A stretch of DNA of 64,000 nucleotides from a virus. Shown piece after piece: positions 37,440-48,700 of this stretch (positions within the stretch are counted from its first letter, which is position 1; every line of letters starts with the position of its first letter). A program made the position numbers and the translations under genes. The notes below the pieces were generated by a model. That model did not search any database, was not told the DNA's origin, and was given only the letters and a program-made list of their open reading frames with translations. The stretch spans positions 1 to 64,000 of the IMG/VR virus record IMGVR_UViG_3300007538_000020. One strand, 5' to 3'.

Positions 37440-38457
37440 AACAAAAGATTTAATAAGTCAAAGTGATTTAACATTACTAAGTTTTAGTCCTTTAGCTTAT
37501 TATAATAAAAAGAATTTAAATCCATTAGAAGAAGTATCTAAATCTTATTTTGATTTAGGTAGTTTAGTAGATGCTTTATTATCAGAACCACAAGAAGTAA
37601 TAGATAAACAATTTGCAATTGATTCTAATATAAATAAACCTTCTGATAAATTACTGGATTTATGTAATCAAATAGTTAAAGAAGTATATGAATATACTAA
37701 TTTATTAGGTATTAGTAATCCTAAATTATTAGAAGATCCATTAATAATATTAGATGCTAGAGAAAAAACTGGATATAATAAAAATTTAAAAGAAGATACT
37801 CTTATTAATAAGGTATTAGAATATAAAGATTACATGTTATTTAAATTAGAAAATTATAATAAAGTAATAATTGATTCTAATACTTATAATAAAGCACATG
37901 AAATAGTTAATAGTTTATTAACTAATGATAAGATTAGTAAGATATTAGATAATTGTAAACAAAAACAATTAGAAATATATTGGAATTATAATGAAGAAGA
38001 TTGTAAATCTAAATTAGATTTTGTAAAAGTAGATGAAGTAAATAAAGAAATAAACATATATGATTTAAAAACTACTTCTGATTATGTTTATAGCTTTCCT
38101 AAATCTATTATAAAATTCAGATATGATTTACAAGGAGCATTTTATGTTAGTGCTCTTTATGAATATTATTCTAATAATCCTGAATTATTAAAAGATGATT
38201 TAATTAAGTATACTTTTAATTTTTATTTTATAGTTGAATCAACAAGTTATCCAGGAACACCTTTACTATATAAACTATCTGAAAAAGATTTAAGTTGTGG
38301 TGTATCAGGTGGTATTTTAAAATCTAATAAAATAAAATTAAAAGGATTTGTCGAATTAATTGATGATTTAAAATGGCATAAAGAAAATAATCTTTGGGAA
38401 TATCCTAGAGAAGTATATGAAAATAACATGGAAATAGAAACAAATATTTATGAATAA
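37429..38457 (+). CDS. PD-(D/E)xK exonuclease (RecE/ExoVIII-like)
   Basis: SQSDL, GSLVD, KSKLD, DLKTT, YDLQGAFY. Confidence 0.85.
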   Translation: MSYKTKDLISQSDLTLLSFSPLAYYNKKNLNPLEEVSKSYFDLGSLVDALLSEPQEVIDKQFAIDSNINKPSDKLLDLCNQIVKEVYEYTNLLGISNPKLLEDPLIILDAREKTGYNKNLKEDTLINKVLEYKDYMLFKLENYNKVIIDSNTYNKAHEIVNSLLTNDKISKILDNCKQKQLEIYWNYNEEDCKSKLDFVKVDEVNKEINIYDLKTTSDYVYSFPKSIIKFRYDLQGAFYVSALYEYYSNNPELLKDDLIKYTFNFYFIVESTSYPGTPLLYKLSEKDLSCGVSGGILKSNKIKLKGFVELIDDLKWHKENNLWEYPREVYENNMEIETNIYE

Positions 38458-39010
38458 CAATTATAATTATAGTAGTAAATTCTTACTTCCTTTTTTAAGA
38501 CCTAATTATGGAATGTTATTTAATGCTTTTAATTTAAAAAATTGTTATATCGGAGATGAGAGATTTGTTCCTAAAGAAAAGAATCGTTTATATTTACTTT
38601 TTCATCCTAAACCTAATGATTTAAATGAATTTAAAAAAATACTTCAAAACAAAGGTATACCAAATATGGAATTTTATTATCCAACAAATAATATTTTAGA
38701 ATATGTTGTTGTATGTAATTTTCCAAAAGATTGCTTTTATTATTTAAAAGAATTTATACAAGGAAGATATTCTAAAATTAAGCAAACAGATATTAACAAA
38801 TACTTTCCAAGAATGGTTAGAAACGTATACGGAGATTCTATTATATCTCCTACTTGGGAAATATTAGTTAAATCTAAAAGATTAAAGAAACAATTAGAAC
38901 AAGATTTAGAAGTAGAGATAGATGATGAACAGGAATTATTCAGTATTCCTTATAACAATAGAGAAATAATCGAACAAAGTAAAACAAAATTATTTAATTA
39001 TGTCGAATGA
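38450..39010 (+). CDS. Conserved crAss-like hypothetical protein
   Basis: ORF track; F..GRYSK motif. Confidence 0.7.
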   Translation: MNNNYNYSSKFLLPFLRPNYGMLFNAFNLKNCYIGDERFVPKEKNRLYLLFHPKPNDLNEFKKILQNKGIPNMEFYYPTNNILEYVVVCNFPKDCFYYLKEFIQGRYSKIKQTDINKYFPRMVRNVYGDSIISPTWEILVKSKRLKKQLEQDLEVEIDDEQELFSIPYNNREIIEQSKTKLFNYVE

Positions 39011-39809
39011 GATAGGATTGAGATTTAATAAAGATAAGATTAGACATGATTTATTACCACCTTTTGCTATTAATGAAGTAGCTAAAGTATTAACATTTGG
39101 AGCTACTAAATATGAACCCAGAAATTGGGAAAAAGGATTAAGTTGGACAAGTACTTTAGCTAGTTTAAAAAGGCATTTAAATCTTCTTGAACAAAGAGAA
39201 GATTATGATAAAGAATCTAATATGTTACATGCTGCTCATATAGCTACTAACGCATTAATGTTATTAGAGTTTTATAAAATAGCTCCTCAATTTGATGATA
39301 GACCGCTAAGAACTTTAGATCAACAATTTACCTTAGATATAGATGATGTTATATGTAGTTGGATGGATGCTTGGACAGATAGATTTAATCTTCCAAAAAC
39401 TAATAACTCCTGGTATTTTGATAGAAATATTCTAGATAGATTTAAAGAATTAGCTAATAATAAAGAATTAGATGAATTTTATTTATCTTTAAAACCTTTA
39501 ATTGATCCTAAAGATTTACCATTTGAACCTCATTCTTATGTAACTAGTAGACCTGTTGATTCTGAAATAACAGAGAAATGGTTAGATATGCATGGGTTTC
39601 CAACAAGACCTGTTATAACTGTAGGATTAAATGGTTCTAAAGTAGATGCTATTAAATCTACAGGATGTAAAATACATGTTGATGATAGTTATCGTAACTA
39701 TCTAGATCTAACTAAAAACGGAATCTGTTGTTATTTATTTGATAGACCATGGAATCATAAATACGATGTTGGTTTTAAAAGAATATATTCTTTAAATGAT
39801 TTAAAATAG
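39000..39809 (+). CDS. dATP/dGTP diphosphohydrolase (DUF5664-like) fused to HAD 5'-nucleotidase
   Basis: GLRFNKDKIRHDLLP, FGATKY..RNWEKG, HAAH; then LDIDDVI, TSR, HVDD. Confidence 0.82.
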   Translation: MSNEIGLRFNKDKIRHDLLPPFAINEVAKVLTFGATKYEPRNWEKGLSWTSTLASLKRHLNLLEQREDYDKESNMLHAAHIATNALMLLEFYKIAPQFDDRPLRTLDQQFTLDIDDVICSWMDAWTDRFNLPKTNNSWYFDRNILDRFKELANNKELDEFYLSLKPLIDPKDLPFEPHSYVTSRPVDSEITEKWLDMHGFPTRPVITVGLNGSKVDAIKSTGCKIHVDDSYRNYLDLTKNGICCYLFDRPWNHKYDVGFKRIYSLNDLK

Positions 39810-40051
39810 TGAATATAAAAAATTTATTTTATGTTCCTATTAAGTTAGAAAGTATCTATAAAAGTAAATTCTCTAGTTTTAAATATGATTATATATTATA
39901 TTGTAAATATAGAAGTGATTACGTTATAGATACTTTCTTAACTAAAAAACAAGTTAAAGATTTAATAGGAATAGATAACTACAAATTATTAATTAATAAA
40001 AAACAAAATAAATTTAATATTCACTATAAACAATTAAGAAATTATGAGTAG
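39809..40051 (+). CDS. Hypothetical protein
   Basis: ORF track; coupled. Confidence 0.55.
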   Translation: MNIKNLFYVPIKLESIYKSKFSSFKYDYILYCKYRSDYVIDTFLTKKQVKDLIGIDNYKLLINKKQNKFNIHYKQLRNYE

Positions 40052-40343
40052 TAAAAAAATATTATCAGCACAAGATAAATTAAATAATTTATTAAAAGAT
40101 AGTAATTATAGATGTAATTTTGCAATGAAATCAGGTTTAAATATTTATATAACTAGGTTTAAAAATAAATTAGATGATGCTATTATAGTTACAACTTCTA
40201 ATTTAGAAAGTGATGTTAATTATCTAATAGCTAATTATAATAAAGCAACAAGAAAAAAAAGAATACAAAGATTAAAGAAATTAGAAGAATTCTATAATGC
40301 TTATGAAGATAAAATAACAGATATATTAAATGAAAGTAATTAA
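40044..40343 (+). CDS. Hypothetical protein
   Basis: ORF track; coupled. Confidence 0.6.
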   Translation: MSSKKILSAQDKLNNLLKDSNYRCNFAMKSGLNIYITRFKNKLDDAIIVTTSNLESDVNYLIANYNKATRKKRIQRLKKLEEFYNAYEDKITDILNESN

Positions 40344-40539
40344 AGAATATAAGTTTCCATCTTTATATAAAGTAGTTACTTTAAGAAAGAACAATATAAT
40401 GACAGTAAAAACTGTAAAGTATTATACCTTAGATGGTAAAACAGAAGTTAATTCAAATTATTATCATAAACTTGATAACGAATTGAGTAAAAAAGAAAGA
40501 GAGTTTTTATTAAAAAAAAATCTAAATAATGAGACGTAA
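40330..40539 (+). CDS. Hypothetical protein
   Basis: ORF track; coupled. Confidence 0.55.
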   Translation: MKVIKEYKFPSLYKVVTLRKNNIMTVKTVKYYTLDGKTEVNSNYYHKLDNELSKKEREFLLKKNLNNET

Positions 40540-41065
40540 ATTTAATGTTGGTGATTTTGTTACAATAAATGCTAAAGGATTTAAACTAATTAAAGATTTA
40601 CCAAATGCTTTAGAAATTTATAATCAAAAAACAAAAGTTCAAATTGTTGAGTATGTAAATAGATATGATTATAATCCTTATAAAGTATGTATAAATAATA
40701 AATATATTTATTTTAAATCAGATGAATTAGATAAAATAGAATTAAAAGGAGATATATCAATAGATACTAAAGTAAAAAACAAACAAAATTATTTAGACTT
40801 AAGTAGAAAACTACAAAAGTTAAAAGTAAATAATGAAGAGTTAGAAGAATTAAAAAAACAAAATGATTCAGAAATTTTAGAAATTGAAAATAAATTAAAA
40901 TTTCTAAGAGATTTTGGATTAGGTTCTTTTGATGATAAACAATATAGAGGTATTACTAAAATAACAGGATTTATTTCAAAGATTAATTTTATTAGTAATC
41001 CTAATCAAAGAATGTCACTTTACAATGAATTAATTAAACATTGTAAACAAATAAAAATTGAATAA
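40529..41065 (+). CDS. Hypothetical protein (KOW/SH3-like N-terminus, coiled coil)
   Basis: KFNVGDFV start. Confidence 0.65.
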   Translation: MRRKFNVGDFVTINAKGFKLIKDLPNALEIYNQKTKVQIVEYVNRYDYNPYKVCINNKYIYFKSDELDKIELKGDISIDTKVKNKQNYLDLSRKLQKLKVNNEELEELKKQNDSEILEIENKLKFLRDFGLGSFDDKQYRGITKITGFISKINFISNPNQRMSLYNELIKHCKQIKIE

Positions 41066-41085
41066 AATATAATAAATTTAACAAA

Positions 41086-41415
41086 TTGAATTTAAACGAT
41101 TATCAAACATTTGTAAAAGAAATTTCAGTATATCCTAATGTAGGTGAAAATATAATATATCCTGTATTAGGATTATGTGGTGAAACTGGAGAAGTAGCTG
41201 AAAAGATTAAAAAAGTTATCAGAGATAACAATGGTGTTATTACAAAAGAAAAGCAGATAGAAATAGGAAAAGAATTAGGAGATGTTATTTGGTATATAGC
41301 TGCTATTTGTAATGAATTAAAACTTGATTTATCTGATGTTCTTTTAGCTAATATGGAGAAATTAAATTCCAGAAAAGATAGAGACAAATTACAAGGTAAC
41401 GGAGATAATAGATAA
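41086..41415 (+). CDS. mazG: MazG-family NTP pyrophosphohydrolase
   Basis: GLCGETGEVAEKIKK, KELGDVIWY, NMEKL..R. Confidence 0.9.
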   Translation: MNLNDYQTFVKEISVYPNVGENIIYPVLGLCGETGEVAEKIKKVIRDNNGVITKEKQIEIGKELGDVIWYIAAICNELKLDLSDVLLANMEKLNSRKDRDKLQGNGDNR

Positions 41416-41420
41416 TAGAT

Positions 41421-41750
41421 ATGAACTTAATAATATTATTTGTAATAGCATTTATACAAAATATGGTTTTTACTTGGGTAAGTAGAAGTCGTAATAGTGG
41501 TAATGTAAATAAACATATGATTGCTTCTATATGTAGCAATTTAATTTGGTTTATATGTAACTTTTTTATACTTTTTCCAGAAATATTAAAAACAGTACAA
41601 GAAGGAAGTATATTAGATAGAGTTTTAGTTTTAATAATTTATACTATAGCAACATCGTTAGGTTCTGTAGTAATGATGAAAGTAAATTTAGGACATTGGT
41701 ATATACCTTTTTTAACTGAAAATGGAAAAGATAAAGTAGGAGAAAGATAA
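41421..41750 (+). CDS. Small multi-pass membrane protein
   Basis: Three hydrophobic segments; SRSRNS motif. Confidence 0.7.
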   Translation: MNLIILFVIAFIQNMVFTWVSRSRNSGNVNKHMIASICSNLIWFICNFFILFPEILKTVQEGSILDRVLVLIIYTIATSLGSVVMMKVNLGHWYIPFLTENGKDKVGER

Positions 41751-41774
41751 TGAATATATTTATAATAAGTAAAA

Positions 41775-42134
41775 ATGAAATTAAATAAATCAGAAATAGA
41801 AGCATTAGCTAATAAAATATATGATGAATATAATGTAGAGAGAAACAAAACTATTAAAGCTGAAGAACAATCTGCTTTAGAAAAATATAAAAAAACCAAA
41901 CAGTATTCTTTAATAGAACAATTAAAAAAAGAATTACCAGAAGGAATAGATTTATATTTTAAAAAACAAGGATTGAGTAGAGATTATCCTTATATGTTTG
42001 ATATAAATTATACTATTAAATCAAGATATATGAGTTTAAGTGCTATAAAAGATGCTATAGTTTTAGCTCAATTAGATAACTCTAATATTAATGACATTAT
42101 AGCTACTGTAAAAAAACAATTAATAAGTAATTAA
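41775..42134 (+). CDS. Hypothetical protein
   Basis: ORF track. Confidence 0.65.
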   Translation: MKLNKSEIEALANKIYDEYNVERNKTIKAEEQSALEKYKKTKQYSLIEQLKKELPEGIDLYFKKQGLSRDYPYMFDINYTIKSRYMSLSAIKDAIVLAQLDNSNINDIIATVKKQLISN

Positions 42135-42164
42135 TAAAACTTTAATAATTTTAAATTTTAATGT

Positions 42165-42416
42165 ATGATTGGTTTTTTAATATGTTTATTACTCATCCTT
42201 GGATTTTTTTATTTAAAAGATTGGGATGAGTCTGAGATGCTTAAATCTAGTTTGTTATTTAAGATATCTTCTTTAGAACATAAATTAATAGCAGAGAAAT
42301 ATAATAATGAAGTGTTACAAAAAGAATTAACACTTAAAAAGAAAGAAATAAAACAACTATATAAAACTATAGAAGAGTTAAATAAAAACAACATTGAAGA
42401 TATTTTATTAGAATAA
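42165..42416 (+). CDS. Membrane-anchored coiled-coil protein
   Basis: N-terminal TM plus heptad pattern. Confidence 0.6.
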   Translation: MIGFLICLLLILGFFYLKDWDESEMLKSSLLFKISSLEHKLIAEKYNNEVLQKELTLKKKEIKQLYKTIEELNKNNIEDILLE

Positions 42417-42417
42417 A

Positions 42418-43056
42418 ATGAATGATGAAGGAATAAATATAAATATTAAAGATTCTTTGGATAATAAATATACTCCTTGGTTTTTAATAGCTATTTTAAT
42501 AATAGTAATAATACTAATGAAACAATGTGATGGTGTTAAAAAAGTAGAAGACTTTGTATGTAATTGTGATGAAAGTTATTATGAGTTAAGAACTGTATAT
42601 AGAGATACAGGTTCAGTAGAAAAAATTTACATACCAGAAAGAGATACTTTATTTGATACTGTTTTATTAGATAGATTTATTACTATTCCTCAAGAAGTAG
42701 ATACCCAGGCTATAATAGAAGATTACTTTAGAGTATATACTTGTAGAGATAGTTTTTTAGCTAATGATATTAAAGCTTATCTATATGATACTATAGGTAT
42801 GAATAGAATATTATCAAGAAAGTGGGAACTTCAAAACTTGAGAGAAACATCTATTATACAACCAATTAAGAAACCCAAGTTTCAAGTTTATGTTGGTATG
42901 GGATTATCTAGTAGACATAAACTACCTATAAGAGCTGATATAAATCCTTCTTTAGCATTTAAAACTAAAACAGATTTATTATTAACTTTTAATTATGGAG
43001 TATTTGAAAATAGAATACAGGCAACTGTATATTATAAAATTAAGTTTAGAAAATGA
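42418..43056 (+). CDS. Membrane-anchored protein of a type common in Bacteroidota phages
   Basis: TM then MKQC; DT-rich stretch; VDT..II.DY; beta-rich C-terminus. Confidence 0.65.
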   Translation: MNDEGININIKDSLDNKYTPWFLIAILIIVIILMKQCDGVKKVEDFVCNCDESYYELRTVYRDTGSVEKIYIPERDTLFDTVLLDRFITIPQEVDTQAIIEDYFRVYTCRDSFLANDIKAYLYDTIGMNRILSRKWELQNLRETSIIQPIKKPKFQVYVGMGLSSRHKLPIRADINPSLAFKTKTDLLLTFNYGVFENRIQATVYYKIKFRK

Positions 43057-43177
43057 TAGAAATATTAAATTTTATTTTTAGTAGCTTTTGGATATGGTTA
43101 GGAACTTTTTTACTTTTAGGAGTAATTAGTTTAGGAATTTATAACTTATTCGGAAGTATTATAAAAGCAATAAGAAG

Positions 43178-43912
43178 ATGAGCACTTTCGTAATAGGAGA
43201 TATTCATGGAAATTTAAAATCTTTAAATCAGATTTTAGAAAGAGCTAACATAACCAAGGAGGATACATTGATCTTTCTTGGTGACTATGTTGATAGATTT
43301 CCTGAAAGCGCAGAAGTAATACATAGATTAATTGAATTACAAGAAACTAATCCTTGTATATTTATAATGGGTAATCATGATATTTGGCTTAAAGATTATT
43401 TAAATAAAGGTATAGCTCCTAATTTATGGATAACTCAAGGAGGAAGAGAAACTATAGAATCTTATCAAAAATATTTTGACAATAAAGAATTTATAGAAAT
43501 GCACCGTAAGTTTTTAAATAATATGAAACCATATTATGTTGATAATAAGAATAGAATATTTGTTCATGGAGGGTTTACATCTTATAGAGGTATAGAACAT
43601 GAACCTTATCATACTAATTATTATTGGGATAGAACTTTAGTTCAATTAGCTTATTATTATTCTAAGTTATTAGAAAAAAATGATAACACTCCAATACCTA
43701 AAATATTAAATACTTTTAATGAACTATATTTAGGACATACTAGTACTATAAGTTGGAATGATGAAAATGGTGAACCAATAACTACTCCTATAAAAATGTA
43801 TAATGTTTGGAATTTAGATACAGGAGGGGGGTATAAAGGTAAACTAACAATAATGAATATAGACAGTAAAGAATACTGGCAATCTGATAATGTAGAAACT
43901 TTGTACACATGA
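43178..43912 (+). CDS. Calcineurin-like metallophosphoesterase (Ser/Thr phosphatase family)
   Basis: GDIHG, GDYVDR, GNHD, VHGG, GHT, DTG. Confidence 0.92.
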   Translation: MSTFVIGDIHGNLKSLNQILERANITKEDTLIFLGDYVDRFPESAEVIHRLIELQETNPCIFIMGNHDIWLKDYLNKGIAPNLWITQGGRETIESYQKYFDNKEFIEMHRKFLNNMKPYYVDNKNRIFVHGGFTSYRGIEHEPYHTNYYWDRTLVQLAYYYSKLLEKNDNTPIPKILNTFNELYLGHTSTISWNDENGEPITTPIKMYNVWNLDTGGGYKGKLTIMNIDSKEYWQSDNVETLYT

Positions 43913-44082
43913 AAAGATTAAAATCAACTATTTTTATACTTGCTATAATTATGTTATTATCAATAATTATTTTAATAATATTAAGTTTTTATCAAATAGT
44001 TAATGTGGGAGTTGCTGGTATAATATCTATAGCATTAATTTATATAAGTTATTTTTTACTTGAAACACATAAAAAATTATAA

Positions 44083-44406
44083 ATGAGTCTTAAACAAGAT
44101 TTAATTAAGTTATTAGCTAATAACAAAATAGAAGTTAAATACACAGATGTTATAATAAACAATTATAATACTACAGGATTAAATACAATTGATTTATTTT
44201 TTAGATATAAAGAAGCTAAAGTTTTTTATTTATATACATGGTATACTAAAGGAAATACAGTTAATGCTAAATTAACTATAGATAATATGAATAAATTAAA
44301 TGCTTCTGATTTAGAAAAAATAAATCATATTTTATTTGCTTCTAAAGTGTTAATAGAACAAGAAGTAAAAACAATTAAAGATGGACAACAACAACATATT
44401 GTCTAA
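44083..44406 (+). CDS. Hypothetical protein
   Basis: ORF track. Confidence 0.6.
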   Translation: MSLKQDLIKLLANNKIEVKYTDVIINNYNTTGLNTIDLFFRYKEAKVFYLYTWYTKGNTVNAKLTIDNMNKLNASDLEKINHILFASKVLIEQEVKTIKDGQQQHIV

Positions 44407-44860
44407 ATTAGAAAAACTAGATGCTATATTATCTCATATAAATAATGTAAGAGATAATTGTTTAAAGTTAGGTAAATATCTAATTAAAAATAATAGAGAA
44501 CAATTAGGTTTATTGCTAATAGCTAATTCTCAAATACATGATCATTCTAAATTTTTTGGAATAGAATGGGATAATATAGCAGATAGACATGGTAATCCAG
44601 AATTAATTAAAGTAACAGTATTCCATCATAATCATACTAATATGCATCATCCAGAATATTGGGGTAGTATTCATAATATGCCTGATGTATATTTAGCTGA
44701 AATGGTTTGTGATTGGAAAGCTAGAAGTAATGAATTTGGAGGAGATTTAATTGATTGGGTTACTAATAAAGCTACTATTAGATTTAAATTTACTTTAGAT
44801 GATTTAGTAGGAATTAAAATAAAAGAATTTTTAAATATAATATTAGAAAAACAATTTTAA
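44381..44860 (+). CDS. HD-superfamily hydrolase (DUF5662-like)
   Basis: HDHSK, HH..N.HHPEYW, EMVCDW. Confidence 0.8.
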   Translation: MDNNNILSKLEKLDAILSHINNVRDNCLKLGKYLIKNNREQLGLLLIANSQIHDHSKFFGIEWDNIADRHGNPELIKVTVFHHNHTNMHHPEYWGSIHNMPDVYLAEMVCDWKARSNEFGGDLIDWVTNKATIRFKFTLDDLVGIKIKEFLNIILEKQF

Positions 44861-45156
44861 TGAAAAAAGCTAAATTAAAAGTAATAAAAACATTAATAGA
44901 AACTAATGATTTGAATTATAATAAACTTAAAGCAGCAGAAGAACTTCAAGAATTATCATTAGCTTTAACTCAACAACTTTTAAAACCTACGAGAATAACT
45001 GATGAAGCAGTTATAGATGAAATAGGAGATGTTTGGATTAGGATGCAAATTCTTATGAAGTTATATGATAAGAAAAAAGTTAATGATAGAATAGTTTATA
45101 AGTTAAATAAATTTTCTGAATACTTTGATAAAAGATTATATAAAGGAAGTATTTAA
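44860..45156 (+). CDS. Small MazG-like all-alpha NTP pyrophosphatase
   Basis: EELQEL...DEIGDV. Confidence 0.7.
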   Translation: MKKAKLKVIKTLIETNDLNYNKLKAAEELQELSLALTQQLLKPTRITDEAVIDEIGDVWIRMQILMKLYDKKKVNDRIVYKLNKFSEYFDKRLYKGSI

Positions 45157-45167
45157 TAATAAAAAAC

Positions 45168-45650
45168 ATGAAATTAAAAACAAACAGTTGGCATAGTAGA
45201 TATTATATGTATTTCTACGATTTGCGAGATTTTGAATTACCAAAAGATTATTGTACATATTTTTGGAAGTTGTCTTTTGCTATTCTTTTATTTATATTAC
45301 CTCTATTATCTTTACCAGCATTATTATTTGTATTTTTGTTTGATAAAAGAAATATAGATAGAATTTCTTTAAAAGAATGTTTACTAATGACTTTTTTTGG
45401 AAATATAATATTTTCTGTTTTTGGTATTGTAGGATATGAGTTTTATAGTGATTTTTATCATGCTTTAATGGCATTTCTTATAATAATAGGTATTTTAATA
45501 TTTATTATTCTTGGTGCTGTTGGATATATGTTCGTTACATCAGAAGAGTTAAAAGAATCAATATCCGATGTAGTTGAAGATAATCTAATATATAAGAAAT
45601 ATAAATCATTTAAAGAAAAGAATTGTCCTATAATAGAATGGGATAAATAA
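45168..45650 (+). CDS. Hypothetical membrane protein
   Basis: SWH...C.YFW start; three TM segments; KNCPIIEW end. Confidence 0.7.
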   Translation: MKLKTNSWHSRYYMYFYDLRDFELPKDYCTYFWKLSFAILLFILPLLSLPALLFVFLFDKRNIDRISLKECLLMTFFGNIIFSVFGIVGYEFYSDFYHALMAFLIIIGILIFIILGAVGYMFVTSEELKESISDVVEDNLIYKKYKSFKEKNCPIIEWDK

Positions 45651-45664
45651 TTAATATAAACAAT

Positions 45665-45702
45665 AAAAAAGTCCGTTGAAACCAATCAACGGACTTTTTT
45701 TT
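45665..45702. terminator. Bidirectional intrinsic terminator between convergent modules
   Basis: A6-GTCCGTTGA-loop-TCAACGGAC-T8. Confidence 0.9.
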
Positions 45703-45720
45703 ACCCCTATCAATTAATGT

Positions 45721-48700
45721 TTATCTTGTATATCTTGAATCTAAATTTAGATTTTCTAATTCTTCTAATCTTTGAATATGATTAACAACAGGAATTACTT
45801 TTTTAACTTTTCTAACAAAATTAGATTTATCTTTATTGTAACCAGTTTTAATTTTATCTTCTCCTTGTATTGCTCTTATAGCTGCTGGAATTAATTCATA
45901 TACATCAACTATACTCTTTGTAACAGGACTAATATCTCTTAAAATTTTAATCTGAGAAACAGGAGATACAAAGAAAGATAATTCCCCTTCAATTCTCATA
46001 GATTGATTAGTTATAAAAGTTAATAAAGCTACTTTCTCATCATCATCATCTAATTCTATTGATTTTAATATAGAAGATGCAGCTATTAAAGTTAGAATAA
46101 GTCTAAGTTCAGCTACATTCTTTCTCATATTCTCCTGATCTATTTCACTTAATCCTTCAAAAGAATTAGATTTATATAATCTAAAACTAAGTTGACTTAA
46201 TATTTCAGTTCCTAACATTTTAACATAATTAACTAAATCAGTATTTTTATAAGTATCCATAGCACTTATCCATCTGCCTTTCATAGTTCTTCCTAACCTT
46301 TCATCATAATATTCTTTACCTATTCTCGCAGATATAGCTTGAGGTAACCATCTTCTAAATATCATTATCATTCTTCCCCATGTTTGTGATTTAATCTTTA
46401 TAGGAGAATCAGGATCGTAGTTACCATGTACATATTTATTTATTTGTTGTATCTTTTTGTATAACTCAAATTTGTTTTGAGATCCATCGCCATAATTATA
46501 ATCAGGAAACTCATCTTTTTTAAATTTTCCGTTATCGTCAAAAGCATCGAATAAAGTGTGTTCTTTACCATTTTTATCTTTTAATTTGATATTCAACATA
46601 GTAGCTATCATAGTTTGAGATTGTACAAACTTCTCTGTATGTATTTGAGCAAAGAATAATACATCTCCCATTTTTTTACCTATACTACCTGATTCATAAA
46701 AAGTATCTGTAGCATCTTTAACTAAGTTAAATTCTTTAGCTAAGTTATATACTTTACTATTAGGTTTTACAATACTAGTTGCTAATAAAACAGCTCTTCT
46801 TAATTGTGATTCTGTATAATCAACATTACCTGCAGCATGTATAAAGTTAGATATAGTACCAAATAAAGTATTAGTTACAGCAGAAAAAGCATTAAAAGAT
46901 AACCCTTTTAATCTGGTATAATCTATAAACCTATCAATTATATTACCTATAGTAATTTTTCTTACTTCTCCTTCAACTTCTACAGTACCTATTTTAGAAG
47001 TATGATCTTCTCTATGTTTATCATATAACATAGAATCAATATAATATTCTAATTGGTCAATTGATTGTTTATTACCATTTAAGAGTTCAATCATCTCACC
47101 ATACTTATTAGTTTTATTCTTTCCTTCTACTTCTATTCTCTCTTTTAAAGTTTTAAATATATTTCTAGCTATTATGATAGGATCTTCTACAGCAGCTTTA
47201 TATTCATAAGAATAAGACATTACTGCAAAAGCATTTAATACTTTTTCTAAATCATAAGATTTTTCATCAGCATTTAATTTACCAGATACCATATATACTG
47301 GTATTTTCTTTTGTGGTCTACCTGTTAATGGATCTTGTAAAGAATAATCTTTAACAGCATCTAATGGTTCTGAGAAATACTTAACAAAAGCAGGACCTAA
47401 ACCTCTAAAGATATCTGTCATTTTCTTTTTACTAAGTTCATGCAACATAGACCTTTTCAATTCAGGTATAAAATTAGATTGCATGTTTACTGGAAGAACA
47501 CCTTTTCTTTCATCTAATTTAGTAACAAAATAATTATAGAATCTTTGTAGTTCTGGAGTATTCTCTATTTTAGTATATCTATCATCTTTCCATAAACTTT
47601 CTTTTGGTTTATATTCTATATATAAATATTTTTTCTTACCATTTGTAGGATTGTGTTCTTTTATCCATTCTGTAAATAATGCTTCATTAACATTACCATC
47701 TACATCAGTATATAATAATTTAGCTTCACTTTTAGCTTTATTATATTTATCATTATCTACAATTATATCTGTATTCTCTTCTAAAAATTTATAATACTTA
47801 TTCCATTTTTTAGTTTCTTTAGCTTCTTTTAAAAGTTTAGAACGTATATCATAAAATTCTTGTTTAATATTAGTTATGTAATTACCTGTTAAATTACCTT
47901 TATTATCTTTCTGTACAAATAAATCCCATAATTTTTCATCTTTAATATTATTAGCTTTAGCCCATTCTTTTAATAATTTAACTTCTTTAGAAGTTTCTTC
48001 TTCAAATTCTTTAGCTGACTCATAAGCAGAAAATGAAGCTCTATCTAATAACTCATATATTTTTCTAAACAATGGTATTTTAGATACAGATATATCTAAG
48101 AACTGAGCTTCAAAGAAATTAGTTTCTGTTGGATTTATAAATAAGTTTCTAGGATCATGAGGATTAGAAATAAAAATATCATTTAAATAGTTATTTATGT
48201 ATAATTTATTTACATTATCTAATAATCTACTTGCTTTATCAGATATTAAAGATAAGTTTTTATTTAATTCTTCATCTTCATATTGTATAATTTTAGATAA
48301 ATTTCTCCACGCACTTAAATAGTCATTAGCAATAGCATATAAATCTTCTTTTTCTTCTCTAGATAAACTGGTAAAATTATTAAATAATTGTTCTACTTTA
48401 TCTACTTGTGATTTTGCTAAATCTTCTATTAATCCTATATCTCTTGTTTTAACTAACTTTTTAATATAGTTCTCTATTGCTGTTATTCTCGCATTTATTT
48501 TGTTATTCTTTGTTTCATTTCCTTTTACTCTTTGAGATTTAAGAACATCAATTACTTTTTGTTGTCTTCTTATCTCATCGTCAATTGCTTTTACACCAGT
48601 CTTTTTACCTGATATAGAATATAAAGTATCAGTACTTAAAAAATTTCTTATATCAAAGGATGTTCCTTCTAATAAATAAGAAGATGATTCTTTTAATACT

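Noticed and set aside
3029-45685. Short minus-strand ORFs within the + strand module (e.g. 16398-16748, 24174-24533, 32912-33247)
   Set aside because: Antisense shadows of well-supported genes; no motifs
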